A stretch of DNA of 54,587 bases from Nemertoderma westbladi (Eukaryota > Animalia > Xenacoelomorpha), in NCBI GenBank assembly GCA_032718475.1, contig JAUCBJ010004725.1:1-54587 (forward strand). Direction: 5' to 3'. The position numbers were made by a program, and so were the translations under genes. This document shows positions 1-11,014 of this stretch, one piece after another. The notes under the pieces are model-generated. The model worked only from the letters and a program-made list of their open reading frames with translations. It ran no database searches and was not told the DNA's origin. Each line of letters opens with the position of its first letter. Positions within the stretch are counted from its first letter, which is position 1.

Positions 1-3000
1 TACAAGTAATATTGCAAGTTAAATATTTATGGGAATTTTTGTCAGCTTGGACCATTTCTTAAAATATGGGGGCTACTTTGCCCAGCTTTTTTTTTTCACT
101 TGGCACTTATTTTTCTGCCTATTTCGCTATGTTATTTAACAAGTCTACCAGCACATTTACCTTATATATTATCCCAGCAAATATTTGTAATATACGGATA
201 GGCACGCACACCGCTCTACTACTGTACTATACTGCCTGGCGCCTGACAGATTTTACTACTAATCATTCATCAGCGGTGGCCTAAATCCTCTTAGCAATGG
301 TTAGAGCCTACAAACGTAAATTGGGAAGTCGAAAATATCGAGACTATTCGGAGAATACGCTTAATGCTGCTCTAGATGCGATGAAAAATGGCTTAACCAG
401 TCGGGAAGCGGAGGCTAAATTCAACATTCCGCGGAGAACATTAGTAAATAAAATGGGTGGAAAGCACCAATCTACTGTGGGACACCCGGTTATTTTGATG
501 AATTATGAAGAGGCCGCAATAGTAAACCACTTGGCAATATGTGCCGAGTGGGGCATGCCATTGTCTATAATGGACTTAAGAATAATAGTTAAAAATTATC
601 TAAATCGGTGTGGAAGGGTTGTGGATAAGTTTACGAACAATCAGCCAGGCAAAGATTGGGCATTGCTGTTTATTGAACGTCAGAAAAACCAATTGTCATT
701 GCGGCTATGCCAAAATATTAAACGGGCCAGGGCTGCCGTCGGTCATGAGGAAATAATTGCTTACTTCGAACATCTAAAGAATACTCTGGAAGGGGTACCT
801 ATTAGTAATATTCTTAACTACGATGAAACAAACTTCACGGACAATCCTGGATCGAAGAAGTTAATTTTCAAGAGAGGGGTTAAGTATCCGGACAGAGTGC
901 AGAACTTTTCCAAGGGAGCTATTAGTCTAATGTTTTCTGGAAGCGCCGATCGTATACTACAGCCCATTTACGTAGTGTATAAGGCAACAAACTTATGGAA
1001 CAATTGGTGCGAAGGAGGACCACCAAAGACCCGATATGCTCGAACTACCAGTGGTTGGTTTGATGAAATAGCATTTGAAGAGTGGTTTATGACTATTTGC
1101 TTGCCCTGGGCAAAACATCTTGAAGGGAAAAAGGTGGTCATTGGTGATAACCTTAGTTCACACATTAGTGAAGGGGTAATAGATCAATGTTCTCGCAATA
1201 ACATTTCGTTTGTCTTCCTTCCAGCCAATAGCACTCATCTAACCCAGCCTCTGGATGTGGCTTTCTTCAGACCTCTTAAAGGCCATTGGCGAACATTGCT
1301 AGACAGCTACAAGACTAAAAACCCCAGCAGTATTTCACTTGAGAAACAATCCTTCCCACGTCTCCTAAATCAACTAATAATCAAGCTCAATGAGAATGGG
1401 GCAGCATCCACAAACATTAAAGCTGGATTTCGAGCAGCTGGTATAGCACCATTTGATCCTACTAATGTATTGAAGAAGATTCCACATGTAACGAGTTCTG
1501 CTTCCCATTCCACACCCACCTCTGCAGAATCTTTGGTGTCTTTGGTTCTTTCCAATGAGGTACTTCCTTCAACAGATGACTTCTCAGCAACAATTCAACA
1601 TGGTCAGCCTGTGCCCACTGCAGTGTCCCAGGAATTACCAAGTCCTTCAACTGTAGGTACTTCTGCTTCCTGCAATGTTGTCTCTGCAATAATTCCCAAT
1701 GAACAGCCCATTGCCATCTCACAGGAATTACCAGGTACTTCAATTGCACGTACTTCTTCTTTCTCAGGTGTTGTCTCTGCAACAATTCCCAATGGGCAGA
1801 CCGCTGCAGCAGTGCAGGAATCCCCAAGTACTTCAGCGAGAAAGTTAATCTCTAGTTCTCTTCTTGATTATTTGAAACTGTCACGTGAAAATAATGTTAG
1901 TAAAATTACCAGGCGACGTAAATTGAATGTTCCTGCTGGAAAAACAGTATCCGCAGAGGAGTATGATAAAATGAAAAAACGAGAGGAGGAAAATATTCGT
2001 GGTCGAGGTCGCTGTGCCATTCGAGGCCGCGGTGCCACTCGTGGATGTGGTGCCATTCCAAGCCATGGCACCAACCCAGGTCGTGGGACCAATCCAAGGG
2101 GTGGTAACATTCGAGGTCGTAGCAGTTTACATACCCGTGGAGTGGGCCGTGGTCGCTCTATGGGAGTAAGAAGAAGGATCATTCGTAACGGAAATTATCA
2201 TCAAGATAGCGAGTCTGAGAGTGAGGGAGAGAGCGACAGTTTGGATTCTTTCTCTGACACAGACACTGACATGACTGATAACACAATTGCTGCGATTTTG
2301 GATTCAGACAACATCAGTATCGACAACTTCGAATATTATGATTATAGTGACACTATGAGTGAGGAAAATGATGTATGTGACGATGCGACTCCAAGTAGAT
2401 CGATTGCCAACTGGAATATGGATATGGAACTACCTGAACTAGGCCAATTAGAGGCACTTAATAATGATTATCATTAACTATTGTTTTGTTAGGTATATTT
2501 GTCTATTTTTTAGAACAGAAATTTACAATTACTGTCTAATTTGAAAAATTGCCAGTCTTGTTAGAGATAAATTTATTCTTATGCAATATTTTAGATTAGA
2601 AATTTACCATTCTAATTTGAAAAACATTTATACTTCTACAATTTTTCAGAATAGAAATTGCCAATCTAGTTACATAAACTTGTTACTTTACTTACTGTAT
2701 ATGAAGTAATTTTATAGAATATAACCAAAGTTTTAGGTTCAGAATAAAATATATTAGACCAATTAAAGAAACTCACCTGTTATTGCCTCATTATTCAATT
2801 AGATTTATGTAATTTTTTCGCATTATAAATTCTTATAGCATTTCTATAGGAATGTAGGAAATTTGATAAGGGGTGGTGCTAATTTTTTAAAATGCATTTT
2901 ATGGGCAAAGTAGCCCCTCACTGGGGCTAAATTATCTCTTTTATCTGGTTTTCATTGCCAAATTATAGCAAAAAGTGCTTGAAACAGTGTTTTTTATAAT

Positions 3001-3234
3001 TCATTTAGTGGGCAAAGTTAGCCATACCTGGGGCTACTTTGCCCACAGCATAAATTTTTAAAAAACTATAAAAACGTTATTATATGCCCTTGGACTGAAT
3101 GTTTTCACAAAATAAAATTTCTAGTGCACCATAATTCACAATATTTCGTGCTGGTAATAGTGGTTGACATGTTTTTACACAATGTAACATCCATATGCTT
3201 TCGTAAAAATGGGCAAAGTAACCCCATTTTACGG
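1..3234 (+). mobile_element. pogo-like DNA transposon; left end lies outside the window
   Basis: Right terminus GGGCAAAGTAACCCCATTTTACGG (3211-3234) followed by TA. The motif GGGGCTACTTTGCCC or its reverse complement recurs at ~68, ~2903, ~3010 and ~3029 as subterminal repeats. Confidence 0.75.
297..2477 (+). CDS. pogo-superfamily (Fot/Passer-like, DD35D) transposase, intact 726-aa ORF
   Basis: N-terminal psq-type HTH (YSENTLNAALDAMKNGLTSREAEAKFNIPRRTL), a second CENP-B-like HTH and a DDE_1 domain with NYDETN / IGDN / QPLDV; 35 residues between the 2nd and 3rd Asp. Long low-complexity C-terminal tail. Confidence 0.92.
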   Translation: MVRAYKRKLGSRKYRDYSENTLNAALDAMKNGLTSREAEAKFNIPRRTLVNKMGGKHQSTVGHPVILMNYEEAAIVNHLAICAEWGMPLSIMDLRIIVKNYLNRCGRVVDKFTNNQPGKDWALLFIERQKNQLSLRLCQNIKRARAAVGHEEIIAYFEHLKNTLEGVPISNILNYDETNFTDNPGSKKLIFKRGVKYPDRVQNFSKGAISLMFSGSADRILQPIYVVYKATNLWNNWCEGGPPKTRYARTTSGWFDEIAFEEWFMTICLPWAKHLEGKKVVIGDNLSSHISEGVIDQCSRNNISFVFLPANSTHLTQPLDVAFFRPLKGHWRTLLDSYKTKNPSSISLEKQSFPRLLNQLIIKLNENGAASTNIKAGFRAAGIAPFDPTNVLKKIPHVTSSASHSTPTSAESLVSLVLSNEVLPSTDDFSATIQHGQPVPTAVSQELPSPSTVGTSASCNVVSAIIPNEQPIAISQELPGTSIARTSSFSGVVSATIPNGQTAAAVQESPSTSARKLISSSLLDYLKLSRENNVSKITRRRKLNVPAGKTVSAEEYDKMKKREEENIRGRGRCAIRGRGATRGCGAIPSHGTNPGRGTNPRGGNIRGRSSLHTRGVGRGRSMGVRRRIIRNGNYHQDSESESEGESDSLDSFSDTDTDMTDNTIAAILDSDNISIDNFEYYDYSDTMSEENDVCDDATPSRSIANWNMDMELPELGQLEALNNDYH

Positions 3235-3664
3235 TACTGAAGTATTTGTCGGCAGTGATTTTTTATGTCCTTTTATTTGACTTTTTTTGTCCTCCTTTTT
3301 TTACGAATTGTGCATAATGACTTTTGTTGTCCTTTTAATGACTTTTATTGTCCTTTTAATAACTTTTGATGTATGTATTTCTTCAAACTGTCAGACTGCT
3401 GATTTCTGGACTGTCAGACAGTTTATTTCAACATGCCTATGCCAAAACATTCAAAATTTGTTGATTTCTGGTCTGTCGGACAGTTGGTTTCACTATGCCT
3501 GTGCCAAAACATTCCATGATTCCATGATTTATAGACTATGAGATATAATTCCATATGCGCCTGTGGTAAAAAGACTCTAAATTTAATAGTTTGTGGTTGT
3601 TGTCGATAATCGATTACCACATGACGTAGCAAAACACTCATTTTATAGCCAAAAACAATTACCA

Positions 3665-4612
3665 ATTGATGGAAAGGAGCAGGTTAAGGCCGGATTATCT
3701 AACCAAAACAATAAACAGTCACATTACCAAATCAGGGAAAGGAGCAGGTTACAGAGGCGGGATTTTCTAACCAAAACAATAGACGATCATTTAACTAATT
3801 GAGGGAAAGGGGCAGGTTACAGAGGCGGGATTTTCTAACCAAAACAATAAACGATCATTTAACTAATTGAGGGAAAGGAGCAGGTTACAGAGACGGGATT
3901 TTCTAACCAAAACAATAAACGATAACATCACCAATTCAGAGAAAGGAGCAGGTTACAGAGGCGGGATTTTCTAACCAAAACAATAAACAGTCACTTTACC
4001 AAATCAGGGAAAGGAGCAGGTTACAGAGACGGGATTTTCTAACCAAAACAATAATCGATAACATTACCAATTGAGAGAAAGGAGCAGGTTACAGAGGCGG
4101 GATTTCCTAACCAAAACAATAAACGATCACTTAACTAATTGAGGGAAAGGAGCAGGTTACAGAGGCGGGATTATCTAACCAAAACAATAAACGATCACTT
4201 AACTAATTGAGGGAAAGGAGCAGGTTACAGAGGCGGGATTTTCTAACCAAAACAATAAACGATCATTTAACTAATTGTGGGAAAGGGGCAGGTTACAGAG
4301 GCGGGATTTTCTAACCAAAACAATAAACGATCATTTAACTAACCGAGGGAAAGGGGCAGGTTACAGAGGCGGGATTTTTTAACCAAAACAATAAACAGTC
4401 ACTTTACTAAATGAAGGAAATGAGCAGATACAGAGGCGGGCCTTTCTAACCAAAACAATAAACGGTCACTTTACCAAATCAGGGAAAGGAGCAGGTTATA
4501 GAGACGGGACTTTCTAACCAAAACAATAAACGATAATTTAACTAATTGTGAGGGAAAGGGGCAGGTTACAGAGGCGGGATTTTCTAACCAAAACAATAAA
4601 CAGTCACTTTAC
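3665..4612. repeat. 68-bp tandem satellite, ~14 copies
   Basis: Unit GGGAAAGGAGCAGGTTACAGAGGCGGGATTTTCTAACCAAAACAATAAACGATCATTTAACTAATTGA starts at 3735, 3803, 3871 and onward. Confidence 0.95.
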
Positions 4613-5215
4613 AATGATCGGTACTTTACTAAACGAAACGGTAACGGGGTATAACATATGTACAGTATAAGTAGTTTTTTCGAGTACGTATGAGTTTATG
4701 AACTGATCTGTGCTGTTGGAAGTAGTGGTGCCGCTATCCGTAACACTACTCAGACAGTAGTCATGATCCATTATTGATTATAAAACTAATACAGTAATAG
4801 GCCTATATTATGTGAAAGGTATATCCACATTTTCCACAATCATGCAATCCAGTTTGGCCTATCAATTATTTTAAATTTATTAGCACAACCGGTCAGCCGG
4901 TAGGCCTACCATTACCGTATTTAAATGGTAGGCTACACAGTAGGCCTACAGCAGTACCGGTGCCGGTACCGGTACTAAAATACAGAAATACCTGCTTTAT
5001 ACCTACATCTGTACATACAATACAGCAAAATAGTGCTACTGTATATACTGTATACTAATACCGGTACTGATAGCCTGAGAGAACAGCAGTAGAGAAACCG
5101 GTAGCATGGAACCTAACATTAGATTTTTGGAGGACATAAAAAATTAAAAAAAAGGACAAAAAAAGGATTTAAACGGACAATAAAAATTATTGCGGTTTTT
5201 GTCTGCAGTAGTATA

Positions 5216-5380
5216 GTATTTATTTTGGGGGATTATGTATTTATTTTGGGCAAAAATTTATTTGTTTTGGGGGAAAATGTATTTATTTTGGGTGAAATTT
5301 GTTTTGGGGGAAAATGTATTTATTTTGGGCGAAAATGTATTTGTTTTGGGGGAAAAGGTATTTATTTTGGGCTAAAATGT
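5216..5380. repeat. ~21-bp minisatellite (TTTATTTTGGGGGAAAATGTA-like), ~7-8 copies
   Basis: Directly visible degenerate tandem array. Confidence 0.85.
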
Positions 5381-5503
5381 TTTAGTTATAAATGTAATAA
5401 TGTATTATATACCCATCCCATACCGATATCTCATTTCTAAGTAATGTATACAGAGTGTAATAACGGATTCTTTAATTTACATTAAAAAATAACATTAAAA
5501 AAC

Positions 5504-5747
5504 GGCGGGGTAGCTCAGTTGGTTGAGCGCTAGGCCTGCAATCTATTGGTTGTAGGTTCAGCCCCGCCAGGGTCCACTCAGCCTTTCATCCACTGGGGTC
5601 GATAAAATGAGTACCAGTTAAATAACTGGGAGCAAATCTTGGGATAGGAGTAGCGCCCACCCCTACCTTCGGGTAGCAGCTATCGAAAGAGGAGCCTTCG
5701 GGTCGCCTCCGGCTTCGGCCGACTGTTTGCTTTTTTTTTTTTTTTTT
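5504..5747 (+). mobile_element. tRNA-derived SINE
   Basis: tRNA-like head with A box TAGCTCAGTTGG (5511-5522) and degenerate B box GGTTCAGCCC (~5556); body CCACTCAGCCTTTCATCC...GTCGATAAAATGAGTACC resembling conserved metazoan SINE central domains; GC-rich hairpin tail followed by a T run. Confidence 0.8.
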
Positions 5748-5748
5748 G

Positions 5749-6645
5749 AAATATTAATAAATATTAATAAATATTAAATATTAATAAATATTAAATATTA
5801 ATAAATATTAAATATTAATAAATATTAAATATTAATAAATATTAAATATTAATAAATATTAAATATTAATAAATATTAAATATTAATAAATATTAAATAT
5901 TAATAAATATTAAATATTAATAAATATTAAATATTAATAAATATTAAATATTAATAAATATTAAATATTAATAAATATTAAATATTAATAAATATTAAAT
6001 ATTAATAAATATTAAATATTAATAAATATTAAATATTAATAAATATTAAATATTAATAAATATTAAATATTAATAAATATTAAATATTAATAAATATTAA
6101 ATATTAATAAATATTAAATATTAATAAATATTAAATATTAATAAATATTAAATATTAATAAATATTAAATATTAATAAATATTAAATATTAATAAATATT
6201 AAATATTTATAAATATTAAATATTAATGAATATTAAATATTAATAAATATTAAATATTAATAAATATTAAATATTAATAAATATTAAATATTAATAAATA
6301 TTAAATATTAAATATTAATAAATATTAAATATTAATAAATATTAAATATTAATAAATATTAAATATTAATAAATATTAAATATTAATAAATATTAAATAT
6401 TAATAAATATTAAATATTAATAAATATTAAATATTAATAAATATTAAATATTAATAAATATTAAATATTAATAAATATTAAATATTAATAAATATTAAAT
6501 ATTAATAAATATTAAATATTAATAAATATTAAATATTAATAAATATTAAATATTAATAAATATTAAATATTAATAAATATTAAATATTAATAAATATTTA
6601 ATATTAATAAATATTAAATATTAATACATATTAATACATATTAAT
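5749..6645. repeat. 17-bp pure-AT minisatellite (AATATTAAATATTAATA)n, ~52 copies
   Basis: Near-perfect tandem array directly abutting the SINE tail. Confidence 0.97.
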
Positions 6646-6995
6646 TAATCTTAATAAAAAGGCTAAACTAAAAATAAGATGATAATAAGTTCTTCAATTA
6701 TATTCTAATAATTGAAGACCATGTTGAGAATGTTCAATATTAAAAAATAGTTTTGAAATTGGCAATTTATCAGAATGGCTACTTCGGTTTTGCAATATAA
6801 TATATACAAACTTACAAACTTTATATACCCATACTGTACATGAGGAAATCCATCATATCTTTCAAAAAAATAGAACATACAGTACTTTAGCCAGTTATCA
6901 AATTTGCAATAAACTGCAAAATTTTTGAAAATCTAAATAAACTAATATTGCAATTAATTGTTAAATAAATTTACAAATAAAAAAAATCAGTAAAA

Positions 6996-7110
6996 CGAAC
7001 TTAGATCCTGCAAGGCCAGCCTTTGATGAACTTAGATCTTTGCGAACTTAGGTCCTATTCTTATGTATGCGAACGTACAGTAGATCCTATCTGGGTGAAC
7101 TTAGATCCTA
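6996..7110. repeat. Short repeats of GAACTTAGATCCT (~5 copies)
   Basis: Motif seen at ~6997, 7028, 7045, 7070-7090 (interrupted) and 7097. Confidence 0.6.
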
Positions 7111-7134
7111 AATTTTTGAAAGAATTTACAAGAA

Positions 7135-7386
7135 TGTGAGGTGGGGTTCAAGTCTCCCACCCTAGGTGTCAAGTCTCCCCCCATTGAGGGAGACTTGACG
7201 CTTTTTCGAAAATACGAATAATTGGTTTAATTAAAAAAGTTCTAGAATTGAAATTCTCAAACTCTCACATAATGATAGCAATCATAAATGTAATGTGATA
7301 AAGTTAAAACAGCACTGAAAAATTAATTTATCTGTTCTTTAGAAAGATTATAACTTTTGGGGTTGAAGTCTCCCTCACTCACCCTA
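7135..7386. mobile_element. MITE / DNA-transposon end fragment
   Basis: Repeated CAAGTCTCCC motifs, internal palindrome TCAAGTCTCCCC-cattga-GGGGAGACTTGA, and terminus-like AAGTCTCCCTCACTCACCC-TA. No partner end found. Confidence 0.4.
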
Positions 7387-7812
7387 CACCGTATTCTGGT
7401 ACTGTATTTCTGTATTTAGGTAGGCCTAGGCTATTTAGGCCTATATTTTAAAAGAACCTAAAGACCTGTGTTCCAGTCTGCCAGTGCAGCAGTGTCACTA
7501 CTCAGCTACTGCACTATGTACAGATGTACAGGATGTAGCCTGTTTTATTGGTGATATTATCCAATATCAATACACAATAGCAGAATAGGCCTATCAAGAT
7601 AGTCCGAGTCCGAGAGAATATTTCGTTTCGATCGTCCCCTTTTTGTCTGAAACAAGTCACCCAGTCCTGCAGTCACCTATCCGCCTACAGCAGGGGCCCT
7701 ATACCTGTATACGCTGCTGCGCTGTACCGTACCAGTCACCAGTACTGCCAACTGCAGTACCGATCAGCCAACCCAACAGCCGGTAGGCTTACCACTCTTC
7801 TATAAAATTGCC

Positions 7813-8572
7813 ATGTTCCTCCAGGATATCAGTCAAGAGTTGTTGAGTTTTTATTTTCTCACAATTGCAATTTTGGTTGTCAAGCTATACGTGACTGGAT
7901 TTCTAACGAGTTACCAGAAGCGAAAACTTCAGGTATGATGTCAGATGTAGGCCTAATTCTGTGATTGCAGGATTGATGACTGACAGACTGATTATTCGTT
8001 TCATGGATGGCGTACTGGGTACTGGCGTATGTTGAATACCGGTACCGGTATGCGGTATGTCAGTATGTGGTATTTGAAAAAATGTCAGGATCAGGAAAGT
8101 GAAAGTGGGAGCGAAAACCAAGAAAGTCACTTCTAACAGTCAGACAGTCAAACTTTCCTGTAAGTTCTGCAGTTTTATGACTAAATCAGTAAATAAAAGG
8201 TGAAGGATGTATAAAATACCTTTTCCCTAGATTGCATATAATTTGGAAGATATCAAATGGCTAAAATATAACTCAAAACACGCCAAAGTCGGTACTCACC
8301 GCAACATTGAGAAAGTCCAAGAAATGCACCGCAATGAAGTCGAGAACATCCTTCCCTACGTGGCCATTGGTTTCATTTACAGTCTCATCGGACCCAATAT
8401 CTTCCTTGCCAAGCTCCATTATGGAATATTCACACTCTCGCGTATTCTTGATACAGTTTGCTTCTGTATGGAACTACAAACTATTCGCTATATAGCATTC
8501 ATTATTGGGTTAATTGGGAATATTTCAATGGCTGCACAGGTTGCTCTAGTATCTTTATCTACCATTGAATAA
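7813..8572 (+). CDS. MAPEG-family gene 1 (microsomal glutathione S-transferase 1 / prostaglandin E synthase-like); exons 7813-7932 and 8231-8572, ~153 aa
   Basis: Exon 1 MFLQDISQELLSFYFLTIAILVVKLYVTGFLTSYQKRKLQ ends at CAG|GTATGA. Acceptor TTTTCCCTAG| opens in frame IAYNLEDIKW...MHRNEVENILPY...SRILDT...QTIRY. The phase-0 intron position matches gene 2. Confidence 0.88.
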
Positions 8573-8808
8573 ATTTTTCATTTCATTTTCGTATGCGTAT
8601 GTGCGTATGTTGAATACCGGTACCGGTATGCGGTATGTCAGTATGTGGTATTTGAAAAAATGTCAGGATCAGGAAAGTGAAAGTGGGAGCGAAAACCAAG
8701 AAAGTCACTTCTAACAGTCAGACAGTCAAACTTTCCTGTAAGTTCTGCAGTTTTATGACTAAATCAGTAAATAAAAGGTGAAGGATCTATAAAATACCTT
8801 TTCCCTAG

Positions 8809-9150
8809 ATTGCATATAATTTGGAAGATATCAAATGGCTAAAATATAACTCAAAACACGCCAAAGTCGGTACTCACCGCAACATTGAGAAAGTCCAAGA
8901 AATGCACCGCAATGAAGTCGAGAACATCCTTCCCTACGTGGCCATTGGTTTCATTTACAGTCTCATCGGACCCAATATCTTCCTTGCCAAGCTCCATTAT
9001 GGAATATTCACACTCTCGCGTATTCTTGATACAGTTTGCTTCTGTATGGAACTACAAACTATTCGCTATATAGCATTCATTATTGGGTTAATTGGGAATA
9101 TTTCAATGGCTGCACAGGTTGCTCTAGTATCTTTATCTACCATTGAATAA
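8809..9150 (+). CDS. Exact duplicate of MAPEG gene 1 exon 2 (within a 578-bp tandem duplication, 8025-8591 / 8603-9169)
   Basis: Identical translation and intact acceptor at 8807-8808; no exon 1 of its own. Confidence 0.7.
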   Translation: MAYNLEDIKWLKYNSKHAKVGTHRNIEKVQEMHRNEVENILPYVAIGFIYSLIGPNIFLAKLHYGIFTLSRILDTVCFCMELQTIRYIAFIIGLIGNISMAAQVALVSLSTIE

Positions 9151-10116
9151 ATTTTTCATTTCATTTTCGCTCATTTAGAGGACGACCCAGTATATCATTC
9201 CTTTGGTTTTAGTAATTTATAATTTTATTTGTTATGCATAGGTGCATCCATGTCCAACCACTGACAACTTTAAGTTATCAAATATATAGTGTAATTTAAT
9301 TCATGGTATATTATTTATTTGTAATGCAGTAGCAGTTTATAGTCTCGTTTGTTTGAGATTAATTAAATTAACCAGTAATTATTAAGTTAAGTATATACCC
9401 AGCTCTAATGTACTTTTTGCTGATGTGTTGCAGTTCCGCTACATGAAGGCTCCATACCTACCGCCCAAAGCATATTCTCCTCCAGCACAAGTATACCAAA
9501 TTTGAAAAAAATAATTTCGTTAATACCGGTATTTATTTTTCATTTATTTTTTTGTTTTAAATATTTAAACGAACCGGAACATACTTCACTCCAATGTTTA
9601 TTCTTTTTGAATCAATCATTTAATTCACTGCTTTGAACAATCGAATTATCTCGTTATATTTCGAATCATCTGAAGATCAAGCATTATACCTGATTTCATG
9701 TTCTTTTCTTTTAATTTTTTACTTTTATTTTACATTTTAGTTGTAATTGTATATAGTTGAACTGATACCTTAGGTGTGAGGGAATTTCACCAGTCAGGAG
9801 GTTTGCATAGCACAAGGGTGTGAACAGGCTGATCCACCCGGTGACAGCAGTTTCCAATCTTAAAGCTGTGATATTGCAGGGTGAATCTGGGTTTGGATGA
9901 TGCCACCACAACTGTATAGCACCTCATAGCAATACTATTCTTACCATACATTTGGTATGGTGCAATAACTATTTACATCATTGTGTCCAAAGTTGCACTT
10001 TGCAGCGTTATGACCCCGAGTTTATTTATGTACCGAGCGAGCGAGGTTTACACGTAATAAACAAGAGTACTAAAAGCTGAAAAACTGACCTTTGCACTCA
10101 ATGATATATGTAATTG

Positions 10117-10533
10117 TGTTACATTATGTCAACTTATCAGCATTCGTTATGTGAAGAAATAATTTTTTCTCATCGTTTGGGCATATAAATTGGGTTCATT
10201 ATCGTACCCTGTTTTACTGCTGGATGGCACACTTGACTCCAAAATGTCTTCTATTGTACGTTTAAACATGTTGGATTACAGTACACGTTAAACAATTATT
10301 TACATAGAGAAGCTAGTCCCTTCATGGGAATCTATAATAATAGGAATAAAGCAGAACTCATTAATATAAATGATAATTATTCATTGTGGAATACCTGAAT
10401 ACGGTGATTGAAGGTTTCCAGGTTATTTATTACTTTGCAGCGTTCCGTTCTACAGGCCGCAACGCTGCAAAGTGGTACCTTGTAGTGTTACGAATAATTC
10501 ACCAGAACGCTGATAAGTTGACATAATGAAACA
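10117..10533. mobile_element. Small inverted-repeat element (MITE-like)
   Basis: TGTTACATTATGTCAACTTATCAGC (10117 onward) is inverted as GCTGATAAGTTGACATAATGAAACA (ending 10533). Internal hairpin ACTTTGCAGCGTT...AACGCTGCAAAGT at ~10432-10473. Confidence 0.5.
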
Positions 10534-11014
10534 AATGTGTGCACCCCAATGTATCAATAATGGCTATATTACTGTTACAGTATTACTTCACTATATTCTT
10601 ATCAGATCAATGTTGGGTTTATAATGTGTTTAGTAGTGGAAGGAACCGATAATGTGAACTTTGACTCATGTCCAACTTCTTTTTACTATTGTTGTATAAG
10701 CGTATAGGTACCACTGTACTGCAAGTATTGCAATAGGCTCTTATATTAACAGACAACACTGCTAACTAAAACTACCGTCATTCTGGCGCTAGGCTAGGCT
10801 TGCATTTATATAGTTTGCCTAATTTATATTTATACTTTCTAAACATTATTGTCATAGATAAGGTTAAGAAAATAGATAATAGATAAGATAATAGTTTGAA
10901 AGAGATGGGGAAAGAGGCTGAAATATTATTCGTGTACCAATAACTCTTGTGTTACTGTAAATGTAGGGTATTATTAGTTTTTTTGAATAATTTTACAACC
11001 GTAATTTTATAAAT

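Noticed and set aside
3665-4612. CRISPR-like repeat/spacer appearance
   Set aside because: The variable segments are related to each other and recur, there are no cas genes, and the context is eukaryotic; this is a satellite.
5504-5575. Functional tRNA gene
   Set aside because: B box and stems are degenerate and the sequence continues into a SINE body and tail.
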